A stretch of DNA of 64,000 bases from Dehalococcoidia bacterium. Lineage in GTDB: Bacteria; Chloroflexota; Dehalococcoidia; Bin125. The stretch is from positions 32,001 through 96,000 of the forward strand of contig CAXXSR010000001.1 of assembly GCA_963662615.2 (NCBI GenBank), read 5' to 3'. Positions within the stretch are counted from its first letter, which is position 1; every line of letters begins with the position of its first letter. Below the pieces are notes generated by a model. That model was not told where the DNA came from. It saw only the letters and a program-made list of their open reading frames with translations, and did no database searches. Shown piece by piece: positions 60,038-64,000 of the stretch. A program made the translations under genes and the position numbers.

Positions 60038-61206
60038 CGGCTCCCTTCGGCAACCGGGGCGTACTCCCGGCGCAGGATGTCCGCCGCCTGGCGCAGCGCT
60101 TTGAGCTTGCGGAACGACGTCTCCGGGGTGTTGACGGAGCGCTCCGCAAAGGTGCCGAAGCCGCAGTCCGGGTTGAGGTAAATCTTCTCGGGATCGAAGT
60201 ACTGGAGCAGGTCGCGGGCGCGTGCGGCGATCGTCTCCGCGTCCTCGACGTCGTCGCTGCGGGGGTTCACGACGCCCAAGCCGATCTCCTTCTCGTTGGC
60301 GTACTCCTTGAAGACCTCCACCTCACCGGCCCGGGGAGTGGCCATCTCTAGGACCAACTGGTCCACGTTCATCTGTACGAGGTACGGCAGCAGCGGCCCG
60401 TAGTTGCCGCTGAGGAGCACGTCCTCGCGCCGGCTCCAGTTGCCCCGGCAGACGTGGACGCCCAAGCGGACGCCGTCGATGCCGTCGACGGTCTCGTTCA
60501 TGAGTTGGAGCGCGAACTCCATCTCCTCGGTCGGGTCGCGGCGCGATCCCAGCGCCGCGCACATGAACGTCTCCTGGCTCTCCTCGCCGTAAACCACCTG
60601 CGTCAAGGTCGGCTCGTCCAACTGGATGAAGGCTACGCCCATATCCCGCAAGGCCACGATTTCGTCGCGGAGGATCTGCACGACATCCGCGGCGAGGTCC
60701 TCCTGCGTGGGATAGGCGTCGCGCGAGAGTTGCTCGAACCAGGCGGCGCGGCTCAACAGGTAGGGGCCGGGCAGCGGGACCTTGATGGGCTTCTGGGTGT
60801 GCCGCTGGAGGAAGGCGACTTCGTCACGGGCGAGGCCGTCGCGGACCCGGAGCTTTTCGACGGCGACCGGGCTCTTGATGGCGAAGGATGGGACATCGAG
60901 GGCGCGCAGGGTTTCCTCGAAGCGGGCGCGGTCGGGGACGTAGTCCAGCAACTCGGAGACCGCCATGAGGCGCATGCCCTGGATCTTGTCGACGACGAAG
61001 GAGTAGAAGTTGTCGCGGCGCTGTTCGCCGTCCGTGATGATGTCGACCCCGGCGTCCTCCTGGTAGCGGAGCGCCTCCAGGACGGCCTCATCGGCCACGG
61101 CGGCGAAGTCGGCTTCAGAGATCTCCCCGGCCTGGCGCGCCCGGAGGGCGCGGATCAGGTCCGGGGGGCGAGCCCAGCTCCCAACGGTCGTCACCGGAAA
61201 CAGCAT
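60034..61206 (-). CDS. Cobalamin-independent methionine synthase II family (MetE catalytic-domain-like) Zn enzyme
   Basis: TTVGSW.RP, ITDGEQRR, IQLDEP, HVCRGN, LEMA, LGVV, NPDCGF. Confidence 0.9.
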   Translation of the reverse strand: MLFPVTTVGSWARPPDLIRALRARQAGEISEADFAAVADEAVLEALRYQEDAGVDIITDGEQRRDNFYSFVVDKIQGMRLMAVSELLDYVPDRARFEETLRALDVPSFAIKSPVAVEKLRVRDGLARDEVAFLQRHTQKPIKVPLPGPYLLSRAAWFEQLSRDAYPTQEDLAADVVQILRDEIVALRDMGVAFIQLDEPTLTQVVYGEESQETFMCAALGSRRDPTEEMEFALQLMNETVDGIDGVRLGVHVCRGNWSRREDVLLSGNYGPLLPYLVQMNVDQLVLEMATPRAGEVEVFKEYANEKEIGLGVVNPRSDDVEDAETIAARARDLLQYFDPEKIYLNPDCGFGTFAERSVNTPETSFRKLKALRQAADILRREYAPVAEGSR

Positions 61207-61339
61207 GGTCCCCTGCCCTCCACACCGAATCAGTATCAGAGACGCGCCGACAAGCGCCCAGCCTAACATACCCCCCCGAAATTCCACAGCAAACCGCGGC
61301 GGACGCCTTTCCGGGACTGATAGGCGCTGGCCTGGTCGA

Positions 61340-61366
61340 GGGCTCGAACGCCGTGCGGCAAGCCCG
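61340..61366 (+). repeat. 27-bp direct repeat, right copy
   Basis: Identical to 58658-58684. Confidence 0.9.
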
Positions 61367-61460
61367 CGGCGCCGATGAGCGACTACCTCGTGGGCAATGC
61401 CAGCCAGCCCAACCTAGAATACGGGCATGCGGGCTGCGGGTCTGGTGGCGGTGAGGGCTG

Positions 61461-62630
61461 GTGGCAGTGACATCGCCCAACGCTGAGCATTTCCGATTTT
61501 TCGACAACCGGGAGAAATATCTCCTCTTTGTGACGACGTGTAGCGAAAAGTGGGAGATCGCCCGGCGGGTGTCGATGGAACTTGAGCGAGTGCGGCCGAC
61601 GCCGCCGGCGCTGCGTCTGTTCGACGCGGGCATGGGCGACGGCACCGTGCTGATCACGGTGATGCGCACCATGCACGCTCAATTCCGGCACATGCCGTGG
61701 CTGGTCGTTGGCAAGGAGATCAGCTTCGAGGATGTGCGCCAGTCCCTGGAGAAGCTTGCGGACCGCTTCTCCGAGCATCCACTGCTCGTCGTGGTGATCA
61801 CGAACATGCTGTACTCCGAGGCGCCCTGGCTTCGCCCACGGCGGGCCGAGGCGGCCGAGCAGGTGAGTTGGCGGGATGTGGCGCTGAACGGGTCGACCGC
61901 GTTTGAGTTCGACCAGCAGATTCGCGACTTGGTGCCGCAGATGGTAGATGACTGGCAGGTCCGGCTGAGCGAGCGAACCGGTAATCCGCTCTACGTGCAC
62001 CCGTCCGTGCTCGTCCTGTATCGGGCCGATCAGCGGTTCGCGCTCGATCAGGTCATCCCGCGCCGGGACGGTGACCGTAGGGCGGAGGGCTACGACCTGG
62101 TGATTGCGTCGCAGCCGTATCGGGCTCGGATGTCCGCGGAAATCAAGGTGCGCAGTGTGATCGCGCCCTTGGCCCGCAGTCTCGCTCCCGGTGGGCGAAT
62201 GCTCACGGTTCACTCGTACGGCAATGATCCCGGCATGGAGATCATCCACAATATCTGGAGCGACGAAGACCCGTTTCGGGCTACTCGCCATGAAATTCTG
62301 GAGCAGGCGCGCGATCAGTTGGCGGATGTCGATGACCTCGATTTCGAGCCGTACAGTGATGATCGGTCGATCTTCAAATATCACATGTACGTCATGCCGT
62401 CCGAGCTGGTAGGCGGGATCGGGACGTCGACGGCGCTGGCCGCGTGGAACGCCGCGATCTATGTCGCGCAGATTGGCGACGATCGTCTTGGCGAGGCCAC
62501 GCGGAGCGGCGCCTTTCTGGACACGGTGCGCGAGGTGCTACAACGTCACAGCGGTCTCTGGTTTAACGATGAGTCATTCGTGATCGCGCGGGATCGGATC
62601 GCGGGCCCGCTTCCGCCCACTGCCGGTTGA
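61461..62630 (+). CDS. Hypothetical protein, class I SAM-dependent methyltransferase-like
   Basis: LFDAGMGDG (motif I-like), YDLVIASQPY, LAPGGRML. Confidence 0.7.
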   Translation: MAVTSPNAEHFRFFDNREKYLLFVTTCSEKWEIARRVSMELERVRPTPPALRLFDAGMGDGTVLITVMRTMHAQFRHMPWLVVGKEISFEDVRQSLEKLADRFSEHPLLVVVITNMLYSEAPWLRPRRAEAAEQVSWRDVALNGSTAFEFDQQIRDLVPQMVDDWQVRLSERTGNPLYVHPSVLVLYRADQRFALDQVIPRRDGDRRAEGYDLVIASQPYRARMSAEIKVRSVIAPLARSLAPGGRMLTVHSYGNDPGMEIIHNIWSDEDPFRATRHEILEQARDQLADVDDLDFEPYSDDRSIFKYHMYVMPSELVGGIGTSTALAAWNAAIYVAQIGDDRLGEATRSGAFLDTVREVLQRHSGLWFNDESFVIARDRIAGPLPPTAG

Positions 62631-62867
62631 TCCCCTGCATCCCAATCTGTCGATCCGAGACGACCTGACTTCCAGCATGACGGAAACCGAATTGATGTGT
62701 GTAGTTGCACGGCTTATCACGAGTGGAGGACGCCAGAGTGGTGGGAGGATGGTCGGCCTCGTGACTCACGCCTTGAGGTGACAGGGGAATTGTGAGAGCT
62801 TCAGGCCTCACCATGACTTCTGGTGAGACGTGAGACAGCATCGTATGTTCAGTCGAGGAGCGTGATG

Positions 62868-64000
62868 ATGACAAAGCTTATACGGGGATATCCCGCCACC
62901 TCGGAGCGAAGTCGCGGGTGGCTGCGATACCTCCATCGCAAAGTAACGACGCCAGACAACTGGGACAAGGATGGGGAACCGCATCCGCACTGGGATGCGT
63001 ATTCCCGCGAACCCACCGGGTCATGGGCGCGCATGGACCTCAGAGAATCGGGCCATGCCATGGTGTTGATGGCCGATACCACTCCGGCCTGGCGTGAGGT
63101 CTACAGCCAGGTTTTGGATGAGCTGGTCTACCGACATACGGGCTACTACGCAGCCAAAGACTGGCTCGATCAGATCGGACACGACCCCAGGCGGGAGAAC
63201 TACCAGGAGGGTTGGTACGAGTACTTGATCCCCAAGCACCTACGAGGGCAATACGATGTGCCCGGTTGGACCGCCAATGGGGTGGAGCCTTGGGGGCTGC
63301 AAATGGATCCGATCGGGGCCGACGGTAATCTCTTCTTCAAGGGCTGGTTCCTGATGCTGCTGGGGTTTCATCTGTACGTCTCGGGTGACGAAAAATGGAA
63401 CCGACCGTTCGAGATGATTCGCGATGGGGAAAACACCTTCACCTGGACTCATACCTCAATTGCGGAGCACTTGGCGAATCAGTGGTCCCGAACGCCCGAG
63501 GGCAATCAGTGAGAGAACACGAAAATCTGGCCACAGTGACTGGCCGGAGCGGGCCTCGGTCTGAGGCTCCACGACATGCTCTATGGAAGTGACTTGCACC
63601 GGGTGTTCAACCACTGGTGGGAGAGGGCCAAAGAGCTCTATGGACTCGGTCGGATCCAGGGCCGGGGCACCGATCGCTCGACCTTATACTACGACCCTCT
63701 GGTCGCGTACCATCACCCGACGGAGGCGAGCGGGCACCTGATGTTGGCCCACGAACTGGTCGGTCAGAAATATGAAGAGGCGAGGCTGCTGTTCAGAGGC
63801 GCGGCCGAGTACTTAGGGTGGACGACGCTCGACGAGGTCAAGGAAGGGACGATCAATTTTACCACCCTGAAACCAGAGCCGAGCGCGACGCTTCGGGGCT
63901 TGACCCTATCGCGAGAGTTTGGCGAGGACGCGATCTACGCCAAACTGAAAGACTACGCGGAGAAACATTATGAGCCCACCTGGGATCACGACAGCGGCGA
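62868..64000 (+). CDS. Linalool dehydratase/isomerase-like protein, predicted selenoprotein with two UGA-encoded Sec (runs off window end)
   Basis: GAGGAG RBS; TPAWREVY, DPIGADGNLFFKGW...YVSGDEKW; frame stays open to the window end after TGA at 63510-63512 and 63537-63539 (EGNQ-U-ENTKIWPQ-U-LAGAGLGLRLHD). Confidence 0.8.
63526..63548 (+). promoter_or_regulatory. Candidate bacterial SECIS for the first UGA
   Basis: After a 13-nt spacer: UCUGGCCA-CAGUGAC-UGGCCGGA, an 8-bp stem with one G-U pair; the loop contains the second UGA. Confidence 0.5.
63551..63569 (+). promoter_or_regulatory. Candidate bacterial SECIS for the second UGA
   Basis: After an 11-nt spacer following the UGA: GGGCCUC-GGUCU-GAGGCUC, a 7-bp stem with a GGUCU loop. 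Confidence 0.7.

Noticed and set aside
61207-61340. SAM or cobalamin riboswitch upstream of the MetE-like gene
   Set aside because: I could not find SAM-I/II or B12-box consensus blocks by eye; an Infernal scan would be needed.
62868-64000. UGA=Trp/Gly genetic code as the explanation for the two TGAs
   Set aside because: TGA terminates many intact genes in this window (e.g. rtcB, rhlE) and Trp is encoded by TGG in this same gene.

Overview
GC-rich bacterial window. The gene mix (F420-dependent LLM oxidoreductases, amidohydrolases, archease-rtcB, LonC-like protease) suggests Chloroflexota/Dehalococcoidia-like; this is inference only. Bases 1-23.3 kb are mostly intact housekeeping and metabolic genes: xth, LLM, NHL protein, Lon-like protease, chlorite dismutase/ChdC family, AKR, YbaK, PP2C, thiolase, DinB, TrmH, CapA, an HTTM operon, GSDH, archease-rtcB and an enolase-family enzyme. 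Bases 23.4-58.6 kb form a plastic mosaic of single genes, pseudogenes, IS481/IS3-like elements, four copies of the same tyrosine-recombinase 3' remnant, an orphan c-di-AMP riboswitch and more than 20 intergenic copies of an unannotated ~38-bp palindrome (GAACTCTATGTCGGACAG-NN-CTGTCCGACATAGAGTTC). Bases 58.7-64 kb hold a MetE-like/OsmC/sulfurtransferase operon bracketed by 27-bp direct repeats. The top finding is at the right edge: a linalool dehydratase/isomerase-like gene in which both predicted catalytic cysteine codons are in-frame TGA (U-x8-U). Each TGA is followed by a hairpin, and the second closely matches the E. coli fdhF SECIS geometry, making this a candidate two-selenocysteine enzyme that ORF callers truncate.
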